In this document: positions 19,414-30,970 of the stretch, piece by piece
How the letters are laid out: every line of letters begins with the position of its first letter
Position numbering within the stretch: the first letter of the stretch is position 1
Virus record (IMG/VR): IMGVR_UViG_3300046786_000293
Coordinates: 64,001 to 128,000 of that record
Length of the DNA: 64,000 nt
Source: a virus
Taxonomy: Duplodnaviria; Caudoviricetes
Strand: one strand, 5' to 3'
Notes under the pieces: generated by a model
Databases searched by the model: none
What the model was told of the DNA's origin: nothing
The model's input: the letters and a program-made list of their open reading frames with translations, nothing else
Program-made: the position numbers and the translations under genes

Positions 19414-22400
19414 TTATCCTATATATGTTACACCCCAACTGTCGTTAGTATCAAAATTAACGTTACCGGATAATACTTGCAATCTGATAGTATCTCCTAC
19501 AACACATCGAGCATATCCAGTCATTGAGAAATGCACAGCAGTGCCTGTGTTTGTATCGGTTTCCCAGAATGCAATTACATTGGCACCGGAAGTGCTACTA
19601 TTCTTTTGAATAACCACTTGATTTAGTCCATTATTTGTAGCAACACGTACAGTGGCATAGCAATGATACAAACCTGCCACCGGTGCAGTAAATAAACCAG
19701 TAGAGTTAGTGTAATAACTACCTTGATTATAATCGATAGCCTGATTAGTTATTGTGCCTGATGCAAAGACAGTGCTAGTATTACCATAGACTCTAAATGC
19801 TGGTCGATTCGGTGCGTAGAACGCAGATGTTCCACTAGCAGTTACGTTACCTGTTACAGTAACATTTGGTACAGTTACCATGCCTGCATTGTCAAAAGTC
19901 GAAGTATAATTTCCAGCTACTAATTGAACGTTTGGTGTAGATCCAGTAATATTGCCTGTAACAGAAATGTTACCAGTAACCGCAACTCCGGTGTTACTTA
20001 CTGTTGCAATAATAGAACTAGCATTTGCGCCGCCTGCAAAAATCTTTACAGTTTTACCAGTAGTAGTTGTACCAATTGCTAAATTACCACCGCTTTGACT
20101 TGTTGCACTAGCATTGCCTTGAGCATACAAATAAGTATCAGCTGCATAAACAATATTACCTAAACTATTTGTAGGTGTAGCATTATCATAACCGCTATTA
20201 ATGATACCAAAGTCGCTATAGTTGACAGTATCACTACCATTATCAGCAGTCAATATGTAGTCAGCAGTAGCGTCGGCTCCTGTGTTCTTGTTTTGAAATG
20301 TGACTTGTGTGTAACTGTTAACATTACCTGTGAATCCTGCCACAGTGTTAGACAACAATGTATTTGTGACACCAGAAACCAAAGCACCGACACCTGTTGT
20401 GGCATTTCCGCCTACATAGATGTTGCCGCCAACACCTACACCGCCTGTGACCACCAAAGCACCGCTAGTAGTCGATGTGGCGGTTGTGGCCGCTGTTACT
20501 TTAGTAGTTACTTGGAAAGTAACATCAGCGGAATTGAATATCTGAAATACGCCACCATTTGGGGCCAATAGTCGTCCTGCACCACCGATAACTACACCAG
20601 GAAAAGTTCCCGTAGCTGCTGGGCTTAATACTATACTACCTTCTCTGCTAATGCCTGCTCCATTAGCACTAATATAAGCCCCAGTGTTGAATAGTATAGT
20701 ACTATTGTTGTTACTAAATGTAATATTGCCGCTAGTTGAAACATTACCAGCAGTAATGTTACCTGTTGTTACAATAGTGTTGCTTCCGTAACTTCCTAAG
20801 TAACTTGCTACATTGGTATTTCCATAGTTGCCTGCTCCTGCAGAAATCCCTGTTAATAATGCACCGTTACCAATAAAGTAATTTGCTGATACATTTCCTG
20901 ATGCTGAAAAATCACCAGTTGAAGTTAAGCTGGCTTTAGTAGAACCTGGTTGATAGAATCTTAGAGTTCCACCGTCGTTGTCTATTTCAAATGTTTGTTG
21001 TGTATTACCTGTACCAAAGAGTACTCGAGGAGTACCGCCTGCGTATCCCAGTACTACACCTTGATTAGAACCAATAGATTCGTCAAAAGTCCCAGCAAAT
21101 TTCCCGTAACCGCTTATCAACAGATTTGCTGTGGCAACAATATTCGCACCAGTTATATTGCCAGTTGTTGTTATAGTATTTGAACCAAAAGACGCCAATA
21201 ATGTAACTACATTAGAATTACCGTAATTACTGCTACCCGAACCACCGTATGGACTACCATTGGCATAGTTAATGCTTGCCGAATTTGTAGGTAATGTTAA
21301 GTTACCATCTGTACCAAACGTCCACTGTGCCGTGTTACCTGTATTGTCGTTACTGTTGACTACAACGTCGCCAGTACTAGACAACTTAACATATAGATTG
21401 TCGCTACCCAAGAACAATTCAGTTTGATACAAGTTACCACTTGTCAAATGAATGTGATCACCGTCACCTGCTGTTGGATAAACTAATAGTCTTTGATCGG
21501 TAATAGTACCCGACCCTGCTGGTTGAAGAGTGATGGTATTGCCAGGAGCACCACTTGGTGTGTATGGATTACCATAGATAATACCACCGCCCGGTAATCC
21601 TAAGTTACCTGTGCTGTCAAATGTCCAACTTGATGTGCTACCTGCATTAGCAGCGTTAGCAGTCAATACAAGACTGGTATCACCTAAAATACTACCATCA
21701 TCGGCATATATTTGAACTGCGCTTCCACTGTAACCACTAAATCTTGCATAGTTACTTACAATAGAAAGATTAGCAGGACCCATTAAACTTGCATCCGACG
21801 ACACAATGCTTGGATTTGTACCGCCGTTTATAGATAAGATAGGATCAGTATTAGCAACTGCATCACGTGGGAAGGTTAAACCACCGGTGTAATCAAAGTT
21901 CCAAGTATTGGATCCAGCGTTGATAGTAACATTGCCAGCGTGACCTGCTGGGTCATAACTATCTCCCGCAGTGATATTAACACTGCCGCCCGGACCACCG
22001 CCACCACCATCGTTGCTAGCGCCCAGGCCAGCATTTAAGTTGATATTGCCACCAGCTCCTGTACCGTAAGCACTTGTATCCGCTGGGCCACCAAAAAGGA
22101 ACAAATTATAGCCAGCATTGCCAGTACCAGTGGCTCCCGGCGCTGCACCAATTTCTGCGTCACCAGAATCATTTGTAAAGGATAACCAAGCAGGATCAGA
22201 ACCATGTTCTAAATACAAGCCGCCATTGGTTCCAACTCGTAGACCTTTGTTAATGTTACCCGTTGTGTCGTAAGACTGTAAGATAATCGTATCATCAATT
22301 GATCTAATAACACCCTCACCAGGCACAGTTAGTCGACCAGTGTTGTCAAATGTCCAAGTGCTTGCACCAGAATTGACGTACACATTACCGTACTCAGGAA

Positions 22401-25400
22401 GACCATTGCTAGATGTTCCGCCAGTAATGTTAACATCTCCGCCAGGGCCTGCTGTACCAGTGCCAGCCGTTAGAGTTATATCGCCTCCGCTGATACCTTG
22501 ACCGCCAGTAATTTCAACATATCCACCGCCGCTAGTTTGTCCGACGCCGCCAGTAATTTCAACATAACCTGCTTGTCCGCCGCCACTAGCACCATCACCA
22601 GCTTCCATGCGAATGTAACCACCTGCACCGTCAGTACCGCCGCCTTGACCGCCTCGTATCTTGATGTCACCGCCAGAACCGCCCGACACAGCATTTGCAA
22701 AATCGCCCGAGCCGCCGCGGCCTGCCCATAGATAAATGTCACCACCTTCACCTGCAGTATTATCGGCACCTTTACCTGGATTAATAACTAGTCGTTGACT
22801 GCTTTGACCACCTGCTGGATCACCGTCTGGTGTTGTAATAATAGCTTCGTCTGATCCGTCACCGATTTTTATTGTTGTGCCAGTTAGGTTACCACTTGTA
22901 GTATCACCACGTGGAACACTCAACGTTGGGAATATTGTAGAACCGTCTGCAGTAAATACCCATGTATGAGTAGTACCATTATTAGTACTGATTGATACTC
23001 TACCGTTACCGTTAGGGCCTGCAAATGTTCCAATATCAATATTACCGGCTATACCTACCGGGGATTCGGTTTGGCCACCGTTAATATAAACACTACCGCC
23101 TGAACTAGCACCTGAACCCATGCCACCATTGATGTTTACACTACCGCCGTTATTACCTAAACTGTCTATATTGTCGCTACCACCCGCATCACCACCGTTA
23201 ACATTTACACTACCACCGTTACCTGCCTGAGCATTGATTTCTCGTTGACCTGGGCTACCAGCGGATGCGTTGATGTTAATATTCGGGCCTCCAATGCCGA
23301 TGCTACGTTGATTGACGGCAGTTTGTATGAACATATCATTATAACTCTGTACATACAAGTTCTGCTGGCTTTCTAAGTACCAATCTTCTGAACTACCAAA
23401 ATGATACCTGTTAGTAGCATTGTTATAGTAAGCATAGAATTTATCTAGATCGATGCCTGCAGAATCCAAGGTCATATTGTAGGTGACACCATTAGCAATG
23501 GTTAGGGTGCCGTCTAAATATTCACTATCAAAGTAAGCATATTGTGCAGAATTGTTTGCTGTAATAGCTTGGGTGCTTCTTAAACCAGTCCAACGTATTA
23601 GACCAGCACCGTCACTGCCTAAGTTACCTGAGTAGAATAAGTCACTGATATTACTACCAGTAGCTATCATACAGAAGATGCTTTGATTATACATTACACA
23701 ATAGTCGCCGCCACCAAATGCCGCAGATTCTATTTGTGTGTCTCCGTTACCATATGAAATTTCAGCCGCTAAGTTTGTGTTGATATAGTTACCACTATCA
23801 TATTGGTCGTCGCTACCATCACTGATATAGTTTGATGGCCAAGGATAAACACCGTCACCATTCAAATAACTAATTTGTGTGATAACACCGTCACCATCAA
23901 CTGAATCAATTAGTATTGTTAAATCATTAGCAGGAGTTGCACCACCTAAATCTGTACCAAGAACTGTAAGGGTCTCGCCTCCTATATAACCACTTCCTGG
24001 ATTGGCAGTGCCTAGTACTGTATAAGTGTTGTTAGCATTTACTCTAATACGTACTGTAGCATCTATACCACTACCGTTGGTAGTTGTTGGTGCGGTACCA
24101 AAGTAATCAGCATTACTAGATTGAGTAAATCTAAAGTATTGATAATAGTCCTGAGTAGGAATCTGATCTCTGAAATTACCAGTATTGTTATAGAACTGGG
24201 TTTTCATATCACCTGGATCAGTTCTTAATGTCGCACCATCATATAATACATTATCTACAAACGATGTAAACAAACTCCACAAATAACTTGGATCAATTGG
24301 TCGATATTGACTGCTACCATATACATTCAACATCACATGTGTATTACCAGTCGCTAAGTTAGTAGCGTGGAACACATCATCTTCTAATAAGAAGTCAGTG
24401 TTGTAGAACTTGGGTGCTGTAGCGTTTGTAATAATTAACTGATTGATACTGCAATCATCGCCCCAAATCTGATTTAAGCCTGCACTGAATCCGCGATATA
24501 CTTCTGGTTCAAAATATAATCCACCATTGCTAATATTGAATGTTGCTTGATCAACACCGTTGTTAAGGCTCAGTGTACCACGATATGAGTTAGTGGTCCA
24601 TTGTTGTAATACCGTTCCTAAATTTTGTTCATTGAGTGCTGCTTCATTGATAAACAGTTTTTGAGCAGTTGTAGGATCGCTATTAGCGCCTTCAAAGTTA
24701 GCGAACTGTATTTCTCCGAAACCAGGAGCCACATTAGCTTCAAACGTGCCCACTTCATATTGAACTGTGTATCCGCCGCTACCCGATATAATATTACCGT
24801 TAACAGTTAAATCACCGTTTGAGTCTACACTTAGAGCCGATCCGCCTAAGTAAATTGTGTTATTGCTTACCCACAAGTCCCGCCATTGATTTGTTACGCT
24901 ACCCAAACTGTAGGTTACATTGGCCGCAGGTATAAATCCTTCGGGGGAAATTTCTGCAATAACGTTAGCATCTTCTGGTGCGCCACTGAAGAATTTAATT
25001 TTACCAGTGGTAGAACCTAAAATTAAGTTTCCGCCATCGCTGGCGCCCGGACCAGTAATATTTTCGCCCACTGCCAACAAGTATGCATCGTGTGGTTTGA
25101 TAACTCCATACCCGGGATAGTTATAACTATTGCTGGCAATCCCTAAGTCAACGAAGAATGTACTATCGGTACCATCATTTGAAGTTAGCACAAGATCTGT
25201 ACTAGCCAAAGGACCGTCATAGATGTTTTGATGTACGATTTGACTATAACTATTAATGTTTCCGTAGACCTGTACATATGCATTTGGAAAATCACCGAAA
25301 GAAGTAAAATCGGGGCTTATAACTAAGTTGCCGTACAAGTCAGTGGTTCTGTTACTTAAAAATACAATTTGCGGCACTGCATTATGTTTAATAAAAATTG

Positions 25401-25932
25401 CACTAACATTTGGATCACTACTAGTTTGTTCCAAATGAAACATACCGGTAATTCCGCTTAGATTTATATTAGCGGTGGCTGCAAAATTATATCCATAAAC
25501 TCCGCTATTTCCTAAAGAAATAAAAGAATTTGCATTAACTAAACCGTTACCAAAACTAGCGCTCGATGTACTAGTCAAAATTGAGTCAAGTTGAATTTGA
25601 CCAAGGCCGGAAGCAGATAATATGATATTTTGATCAGGTGTTAATCCTGATATAGTCTGATCCACAATTTCTATATTGCCAAGATTAGCAGATCCTGAAG
25701 TAATTCCAGTTAGATAAAAACCGTTTCCTAAAAAAAAGTTTGCTGTAATATTACCATCGATTGTAAGATCCCCGGGCGCGATGTTGGCTTGTACTAAATG
25801 ACCTCCTTGAGTTGTCCCGTCGTGTACATACATCGACCATGTGTCGGTATTAACAACTATTTCGCCTTCTGGGCCTGTATATGTGCTGGTTGCGGTTGTG
25901 TTACCGCGTTTCCATTGGACTATTTTGCTCAT
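19414..25932 (-). CDS. Large tail fibre/adhesin (Mtd_N-like N-terminus, Gly-rich repeats, C1q-like C-terminus)
   Basis: GPEGEIVVNTDTWSMYVHDG; repeated WTFD/GNLTLP motifs; C-terminal PAFRVY...GLFTAPVAGLY...FS C1q-like domain. Confidence 0.85.
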   Translation of the reverse strand: MSKIVQWKRGNTTATSTYTGPEGEIVVNTDTWSMYVHDGTTQGGHLVQANIAPGDLTIDGNITANFFLGNGFYLTGITSGSANLGNIEIVDQTISGLTPDQNIILSASGLGQIQLDSILTSTSSASFGNGLVNANSFISLGNSGVYGYNFAATANINLSGITGMFHLEQTSSDPNVSAIFIKHNAVPQIVFLSNRTTDLYGNLVISPDFTSFGDFPNAYVQVYGNINSYSQIVHQNIYDGPLASTDLVLTSNDGTDSTFFVDLGIASNSYNYPGYGVIKPHDAYLLAVGENITGPGASDGGNLILGSTTGKIKFFSGAPEDANVIAEISPEGFIPAANVTYSLGSVTNQWRDLWVSNNTIYLGGSALSVDSNGDLTVNGNIISGSGGYTVQYEVGTFEANVAPGFGEIQFANFEGANSDPTTAQKLFINEAALNEQNLGTVLQQWTTNSYRGTLSLNNGVDQATFNISNGGLYFEPEVYRGFSAGLNQIWGDDCSINQLIITNATAPKFYNTDFLLEDDVFHATNLATGNTHVMLNVYGSSQYRPIDPSYLWSLFTSFVDNVLYDGATLRTDPGDMKTQFYNNTGNFRDQIPTQDYYQYFRFTQSSNADYFGTAPTTTNGSGIDATVRIRVNANNTYTVLGTANPGSGYIGGETLTVLGTDLGGATPANDLTILIDSVDGDGVITQISYLNGDGVYPWPSNYISDGSDDQYDSGNYINTNLAAEISYGNGDTQIESAAFGGGDYCVMYNQSIFCMIATGSNISDLFYSGNLGSDGAGLIRWTGLRSTQAITANNSAQYAYFDSEYLDGTLTIANGVTYNMTLDSAGIDLDKFYAYYNNATNRYHFGSSEDWYLESQQNLYVQSYNDMFIQTAVNQRSIGIGGPNININASAGSPGQREINAQAGNGGSVNVNGGDAGGSDNIDSLGNNGGSVNINGGMGSGASSGGSVYINGGQTESPVGIAGNIDIGTFAGPNGNGRVSISTNNGTTHTWVFTADGSTIFPTLSVPRGDTTSGNLTGTTIKIGDGSDEAIITTPDGDPAGGQSSQRLVINPGKGADNTAGEGGDIYLWAGRGGSGDFANAVSGGSGGDIKIRGGQGGGTDGAGGYIRMEAGDGASGGGQAGYVEITGGVGQTSGGGYVEITGGQGISGGDITLTAGTGTAGPGGDVNITGGTSSNGLPEYGNVYVNSGASTWTFDNTGRLTVPGEGVIRSIDDTIILQSYDTTGNINKGLRVGTNGGLYLEHGSDPAWLSFTNDSGDAEIGAAPGATGTGNAGYNLFLFGGPADTSAYGTGAGGNINLNAGLGASNDGGGGGPGGSVNITAGDSYDPAGHAGNVTINAGSNTWNFDYTGGLTFPRDAVANTDPILSINGGTNPSIVSSDASLMGPANLSIVSNYARFSGYSGSAVQIYADDGSILGDTSLVLTANAANAGSTSSWTFDSTGNLGLPGGGIIYGNPYTPSGAPGNTITLQPAGSGTITDQRLLVYPTAGDGDHIHLTSGNLYQTELFLGSDNLYVKLSSTGDVVVNSNDNTGNTAQWTFGTDGNLTLPTNSASINYANGSPYGGSGSSNYGNSNVVTLLASFGSNTITTTGNITGANIVATANLLISGYGKFAGTFDESIGSNQGVVLGYAGGTPRVLFGTGNTQQTFEIDNDGGTLRFYQPGSTKASLTSTGDFSASGNVSANYFIGNGALLTGISAGAGNYGNTNVASYLGSYGSNTIVTTGNITAGNVSTSGNITFSNNNSTILFNTGAYISANGAGISREGSIVLSPAATGTFPGVVIGGAGRLLAPNGGVFQIFNSADVTFQVTTKVTAATTATSTTSGALVVTGGVGVGGNIYVGGNATTGVGALVSGVTNTLLSNTVAGFTGNVNSYTQVTFQNKNTGADATADYILTADNGSDTVNYSDFGIINSGYDNATPTNSLGNIVYAADTYLYAQGNASATSQSGGNLAIGTTTTGKTVKIFAGGANASSIIATVSNTGVAVTGNISVTGNITGSTPNVQLVAGNYTSTFDNAGMVTVPNVTVTGNVTASGTSAFYAPNRPAFRVYGNTSTVFASGTITNQAIDYNQGSYYTNSTGLFTAPVAGLYHCYATVRVATNNGLNQVVIQKNSSTSGANVIAFWETDTNTGTAVHFSMTGYARCVVGDTIRLQVLSGNVNFDTNDSWGVTYIG

Positions 25933-25981
25933 TTATCTGTTCCAAACGTTTATATATACATTACTTATCAAAATCTTAATC

Positions 25982-26728
25982 TTACTTCTTGTTTAGAATT
26001 AAACTTATATTATCAACAAAATCGGGATTATAACTTCCACCCAAAAAGAAATTAATATCTAATACAGATACTATGGACCCATTCGGTGCTGCAGATAGAC
26101 TGCCTGTTTTCCAGCATATAGCAGTCGGCAAAGGCAATCCAGGTACAGACGATACTGCGATAGTTGTCCCGCTCCCGTAACTATTAAACGCACCCGGAGC
26201 GTTAAATGTTACACTATTATTTGTGTTTGCCAGTAAAAATTCTGGTTGAACAATACACGGAATAACGTCATAATATGAGCTATCTGTTGTTTGTGATACT
26301 GTGCCGCTACCCAAGCCCATGACAAAATCATCTATAGTTGTATCTCTAGTTTGAAAGTATATGTTTTCTCCCAACATAAACATAGCACCGCCCTGTTTAA
26401 TATAATTAGACAATTGAGTTGTGGGATTGTTTGGATTAGTAGCATAGGGTGTTGCATATCCAATATCCCACAGGTGTGCGTATTCATTTAAGTTTAATGC
26501 AGCTAATGCAGAAAAACTGGTGCACAATTCGGGTTGGAATCCCAAAGCAATTTCTCTGTTTGCTATTACCGGATATACGTCAAGTGGGTTTACATCCCCC
26601 GAATTATAGTAGTTGGGGTTGCCGAATACGTTAGTTAATGGATCATAAAATACTAATACTTTTTTAGATTTCAATCCTCTGTCTACTGGTCTGAACCAAA
26701 AACCTAATCTACTTCCTCCAAAATTCAT
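25982..26728 (-). CDS. Hypothetical structural protein
   Basis: 248-aa ORF coupled to collagen gene. Confidence 0.7.
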   Translation of the reverse strand: MNFGGSRLGFWFRPVDRGLKSKKVLVFYDPLTNVFGNPNYYNSGDVNPLDVYPVIANREIALGFQPELCTSFSALAALNLNEYAHLWDIGYATPYATNPNNPTTQLSNYIKQGGAMFMLGENIYFQTRDTTIDDFVMGLGSGTVSQTTDSSYYDVIPCIVQPEFLLANTNNSVTFNAPGAFNSYGSGTTIAVSSVPGLPLPTAICWKTGSLSAAPNGSIVSVLDINFFLGGSYNPDFVDNISLILNKK

Positions 26729-29226
26729 TACACATACCCCGCAGTTAATGTACAGAATATTGTAGTACCATCGTAGAACATATTAATCATGTCTATAGAA
26801 CCAACAGTTGTACTTAAAGTTTTATAATTACTTGCAAACTTATATGCAGCATCATATGTTGCCACACAGTTCCCTGCTCCGCCTTGTTCAACAATTAATG
26901 TTAAACTTTGACCCATAGTGAAGTTTGAAGGAACAGTTAATGCAATATTGCCAATTGCTGTGGCACGTTGAATACTTGCAGTATCTCTATTTAACGTAAC
27001 CGAGCCATATATAGATCCAATACTAGCATAAGTGTCGTTATATGCTGGCCCAGTTTGACCTTGCGGTCCTTGTGGTCCGGTTGGTCCTTGTACGCCTGCC
27101 CCGGTCGGACCTTGGGGTCCTTGTACACCCTGTGGGCCTTGTGGTCCTTGTACACCTTGTGGTCCAGATGGTCCAGATGGTCCTTGTACACCTTGCGGGC
27201 CTTCTGGACCAGATGGGCCCGACGGACCTTGTGGTCCTTGTGGTCCAGGTACGTCACTGACCCCACTTGGACCTTGTGGACCTTGTGCTCCACGTGGACC
27301 TGATGGTCCTTGTGGACCCGACACACCTTGCGGTCCTTGTGGTCCTTGTGGTCCTTGTGACCCTTGTGGTCCGCGTGGACCTTGTGGACCTTGTGCTCCA
27401 GTTAGTTTAGATATAGTAACAGTTACATTGGATCCGGTTACATTAGCTATAACGCCATTTCCAACAAAGTTGATACTGCTTACTGCATTAGTTAAGGTTG
27501 TACCTTCATCTAATATTTGTACATTAGATCCGCCACCAGTTCCGCCTGAGCCGCTCCATGCAGTATATTGATATGAACCGTCTGGAAATATTATACCAGC
27601 ACCATAATCAACTCCTACATTACCTATAACTGCGCTACCTGCTTGAATCCTAACATTGCCATTACTATTAAAGGTTGATGTTAAATTTGCATTGTTAATA
27701 GATACACGATTTCTAACATCCCATGTTAATGCAATGTTGCCAGGCACACGCTCGTAGGCTTCTAGTCCTTCTGGAGGGAAGTTTTCTATTAGACGTGTAG
27801 ATGGTTTGCTACCTAAGCTAAATGTAGGAATAGGTTTTTCTACATTTGGCTCAATTAATTTATAAGGATTGGCGCTAAATTGTCCGATCCAACACGACCC
27901 ATCACCGGAGTTTATGCCAGGTAATACTATATATGTCAGGCCATCAGTATTCGGTGTTTCGCCGCCTTCTAAGTCTTGGAAGAATTCAATTGCGCCGCGA
28001 CCAATGTACAGTCCGTGAGTGCCCGGATTTCCGTCTGTGCTATTAACTCCTGTTTTAGTATTATTAACTCCGTTGTCACTTTGTCTCCAAACTCCAAGGG
28101 CTTCACTGCCAAGAAAGGATCCATCGTTATAATTGTACCACGGTGTAACCACTACCCCGGCTCCGCCAAATGTTCCTTGTTTGTAACGAATAGATGCAGA
28201 TCGTTGTGTAGGCACAACGTTTGCGTCTGTAGTAGGATCAACAAAGTATAATACACTTTGGTATGTTTCATTACCGAATCCCAAATCATAACGAGAAGCG
28301 TGTAAATGAATAGATTTGCCTTCATTATCATCATAGTCAGGGGTAACAGTAATTAAAGAATTTGTTGTAAAAGTTCCGTTCCCGCCAATATAGACCATGC
28401 GCCACGCTTGATCTTGTAAGTTGCCACTAATACCTGTGCCAGGTATAGTTACGCTCACGGTGTTAGGGCCTGTTGCTGTAGCAACCACGCCATTGCCTAT
28501 AAAATTAATAGAATTGGCTGTACTAACAACTACAGTACCTTCATCGTAGATTGATATCGTTGGTCCTTGAGGTCCTTGAGGTCCTTGCGGTCCTTGTGGT
28601 CCGCCAGCTGGACCTGTATTACCAATTGGGCCAATTGGCCCAGCTGGGCCTTCGGGACCTCGTGGTCCTTGTGGTCCTTGCGGACCGCCTGCAGGTCCTT
28701 GTGGTCCTTGTGCCCCACGTGGGCCCGATGGTCCGATTGGACCTGGGGGACCGCTTGGGCCGCTTGGACCTTCAGGTCCAATTGGACCTATAAATCCGCT
28801 TGGACCAATTGGCCCGATTGGACCTTGTGGACCTGCTAATCCTCTGGGACCCGATGCACCGCTTGGTCCTTGTGGTCCTTGTGGTCCTTGTGGACCGCTT
28901 GGGCCGCTTGGACCGCTTGGGCCTCCTGCCGGACCGATTGGGCCCGACGGGCCTTGCGGACCTTGTGCTCCGCTTGGGCCTTGTGGACCTTGTGGTCCCG
29001 ATCCTGGTCCTTGTGGCCCCTGTGGACCTTGTACACCTTGTTCTCCTGCTCCGCTGGGACCCTGGGGTCCTTGGGGGCCTTGCACACCTTGTGACCCTTG
29101 CGGTCCTTGAGTACCACGCGGACCTGTTGGTCCTTGTGTACCTGCTGTTCCTTGTGGACCTTGCGGTCCTCGTGGACCTTGTGGTCCCTGTGGCCCTTCA
29201 GGGCAGTCTAGTCCTAGAATTGTCAT
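26728..29226 (-). CDS. Collagen-like fibre protein
   Basis: Two Gly-X-Y tracts separated by globular domain; IYDEG/ILDEG...INFVGNGV spacer motif twice. Confidence 0.88.
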   Translation of the reverse strand: MTILGLDCPEGPQGPQGPRGPQGPQGTAGTQGPTGPRGTQGPQGSQGVQGPQGPQGPSGAGEQGVQGPQGPQGPGSGPQGPQGPSGAQGPQGPSGPIGPAGGPSGPSGPSGPQGPQGPQGPSGASGPRGLAGPQGPIGPIGPSGFIGPIGPEGPSGPSGPPGPIGPSGPRGAQGPQGPAGGPQGPQGPRGPEGPAGPIGPIGNTGPAGGPQGPQGPQGPQGPTISIYDEGTVVVSTANSINFIGNGVVATATGPNTVSVTIPGTGISGNLQDQAWRMVYIGGNGTFTTNSLITVTPDYDDNEGKSIHLHASRYDLGFGNETYQSVLYFVDPTTDANVVPTQRSASIRYKQGTFGGAGVVVTPWYNYNDGSFLGSEALGVWRQSDNGVNNTKTGVNSTDGNPGTHGLYIGRGAIEFFQDLEGGETPNTDGLTYIVLPGINSGDGSCWIGQFSANPYKLIEPNVEKPIPTFSLGSKPSTRLIENFPPEGLEAYERVPGNIALTWDVRNRVSINNANLTSTFNSNGNVRIQAGSAVIGNVGVDYGAGIIFPDGSYQYTAWSGSGGTGGGSNVQILDEGTTLTNAVSSINFVGNGVIANVTGSNVTVTISKLTGAQGPQGPRGPQGSQGPQGPQGPQGVSGPQGPSGPRGAQGPQGPSGVSDVPGPQGPQGPSGPSGPEGPQGVQGPSGPSGPQGVQGPQGPQGVQGPQGPTGAGVQGPTGPQGPQGQTGPAYNDTYASIGSIYGSVTLNRDTASIQRATAIGNIALTVPSNFTMGQSLTLIVEQGGAGNCVATYDAAYKFASNYKTLSTTVGSIDMINMFYDGTTIFCTLTAGYV

Positions 29227-29750
29227 TATATTGTCCCAAAGTCAAAAATTGCACTATCGATGCCGTCCCCAGCTGGACCTAAGTCTAGTGCTGCAGGTTG
29301 TATTACCGGATAGGCTGAATTACTTACAAATAGTTGTCCGGCTGCACCATAATTATCGTCCACATACGTCGCTATATTGCCCCAGCAAGTATCGTTAATA
29401 AGAATATTGTATGTATACTGCTCACGGTCGAGTTGTACTAAATCATAGTCAGATACAACTGTGCATCCGTACCCTAAGGCAGCGTTGGTAATTGTCACGT
29501 TAGTAGATAAAACTGTAGTAGCATTGGAAAAAACATAGTCATCAACTATATTAAATGTCAAAGTATAACCAGTTAAATTAACAGGTTTTTGGTCAGAATT
29601 TTTTAGTTCTATCTTAAGAAGGTTATTAACGCCTTTGTATATTTTTACAGGTGCTGCGTACACAATGTTATTCCTTTGGATAATTGATGGGTCGTCATCC
29701 CACTGAACAGAGATTACGTTATCGTAGTAGTAATTCGTGATGGTTTGCAT
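29226..29750 (-). CDS. Baseplate/fibre adaptor-like protein (BppU N-terminal-like)
   Basis: KIYKGVNN...[13 protein letters not shown] motif. Confidence 0.6.
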   Translation of the reverse strand: MQTITNYYYDNVISVQWDDDPSIIQRNNIVYAAPVKIYKGVNNLLKIELKNSDQKPVNLTGYTLTFNIVDDYVFSNATTVLSTNVTITNAALGYGCTVVSDYDLVQLDREQYTYNILINDTCWGNIATYVDDNYGAAGQLFVSNSAYPVIQPAALDLGPAGDGIDSAIFDFGTI

Positions 29751-29813
29751 TTACATATTTAGCGTGAATACCATATTCGAAGATTTGGATTCTAATCGAT
29801 TATAAATATTCAC

Positions 29814-30188
29814 GTGGAAATAGAATACCAAAAGTTACTTGATCAATACCCTTTCTTAAGTTTCCTTACCTATGGCGGTAACGAATACATAGGAATCATT
29901 CAGAACATTGACGATATTATAACCAGCATATATGATTTCGGTGTAATCAAAACATCCGAGCATAGACTACGCTACCTAGAATTAGCAGAAACGTGGTGGT
30001 GGGAAAGTAATAGGATGATCCCTATTAATATCTTTTTAAAACAGGATTGGGTACAATTTAGACCCACTCTAAAAACTTTCAACAGTAAAGATGTTGAATT
30101 GAAGTATGGGCCGGCACTTAGTCTTAAAGAAAGTGCTCAAAAGCGCAGTAAGCGCCGTAGTATAACTCTAGTTCGTAGAGTTATTTAA
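29814..30188 (+). CDS. Conserved hypothetical phage protein
   Basis: 124 aa, WWWESNRMIPINIFL; preceded by TATAAATA. Confidence 0.8.
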   Translation: MEIEYQKLLDQYPFLSFLTYGGNEYIGIIQNIDDIITSIYDFGVIKTSEHRLRYLELAETWWWESNRMIPINIFLKQDWVQFRPTLKTFNSKDVELKYGPALSLKESAQKRSKRRSITLVRRVI

Positions 30189-30746
30189 ATTCATATTAAC
30201 AACAACTAATGTTGCGTAGGCCACAGCGTGGCTTTTCTTAAAATAATAACTGTCATCTGAGGGCTTGTCCCAAACAGTTTTTGCAACATCGGCCCACTTC
30301 TGTCCTATTAGATGACGCTTGGCAGGACGAATAACACTTAAAAACATAGCCATTCTAGGTATGCTGTTAACTGCTTCGGGCATCTTAATCAGTGTATCAT
30401 AATGATTGCCAATGTGAATTAACTGCTCACAGAACTCACGCTCGTATAACTTTTCCCACGCAGGTTCGGTGTTCATTAATTCTATTAGATGTGCTTCATT
30501 CTTGACTCGGGAATATAAGTTAACATTAAGAAAGTCTAGCTTTAGATACCCCCTGTCTTCGGCGATTTGATAATCTAAACTTGCACTACCCGAAAACGGG
30601 TCTACTGGAATATTAGTAAAATATACTCCGGTATTGTGTTTGCTCAACTTATCATCTTTGATAATGCTAGCAGATGTATGATTGAGCAAACCAAGAATCT
30701 GATCCCTATTGCTAAAATCGATATCAATATCTGACTTAAATTTCAT
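30168..30746 (-). CDS. Miniature DnaE (DNA polymerase III alpha)-like protein
   Basis: SDIDIDF, KHNTGVY, KLDFL, FKKSHAVAYA; start refined to ATG 30746 (192 aa). Confidence 0.8.
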   Translation of the reverse strand: MKFKSDIDIDFSNRDQILGLLNHTSASIIKDDKLSKHNTGVYFTNIPVDPFSGSASLDYQIAEDRGYLKLDFLNVNLYSRVKNEAHLIELMNTEPAWEKLYEREFCEQLIHIGNHYDTLIKMPEAVNSIPRMAMFLSVIRPAKRHLIGQKWADVAKTVWDKPSDDSYYFKKSHAVAYATLVVVNMNLNNSTN

Positions 30747-30970
30747 AGGTATTGTCCATTTCTTAAACTGAACCAAGTAGCCAATTGTTCGTCATAGAAT
30801 CTAAAAATTGTATATCTAACATAAGCAGATTCTCCTGAAAAATCATTATGATTACTGGCGTGATATTCAAAATCAAACTGATCATGAATTTTGAACCCGT
30901 TATTCTTCAAATCGTCTACCATGGTCAATATGTCCGAAGGAGAAAGAGTTTTAATTACTAACTCAATCAC
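30743..30970 (-). CDS. Hypothetical protein
   Basis: 75 aa, coupled. Confidence 0.65.
   Translation of the reverse strand: MIELVIKTLSPSDILTMVDDLKNNGFKIHDQFDFEYHASNHNDFSGESAYVRYTIFRFYDEQLATWFSLRNGQYL

Noticed and set aside
19414-25932. Diversity-generating retroelement target in the Mtd_N-like fibre
   Set aside because: No reverse transcriptase and no template/variable repeat pair differing at adenines was seen in the window.
26991-29282. Overlapping repeat ORFs in the second collagen gene
   Set aside because: Same shadow-frame artefact.
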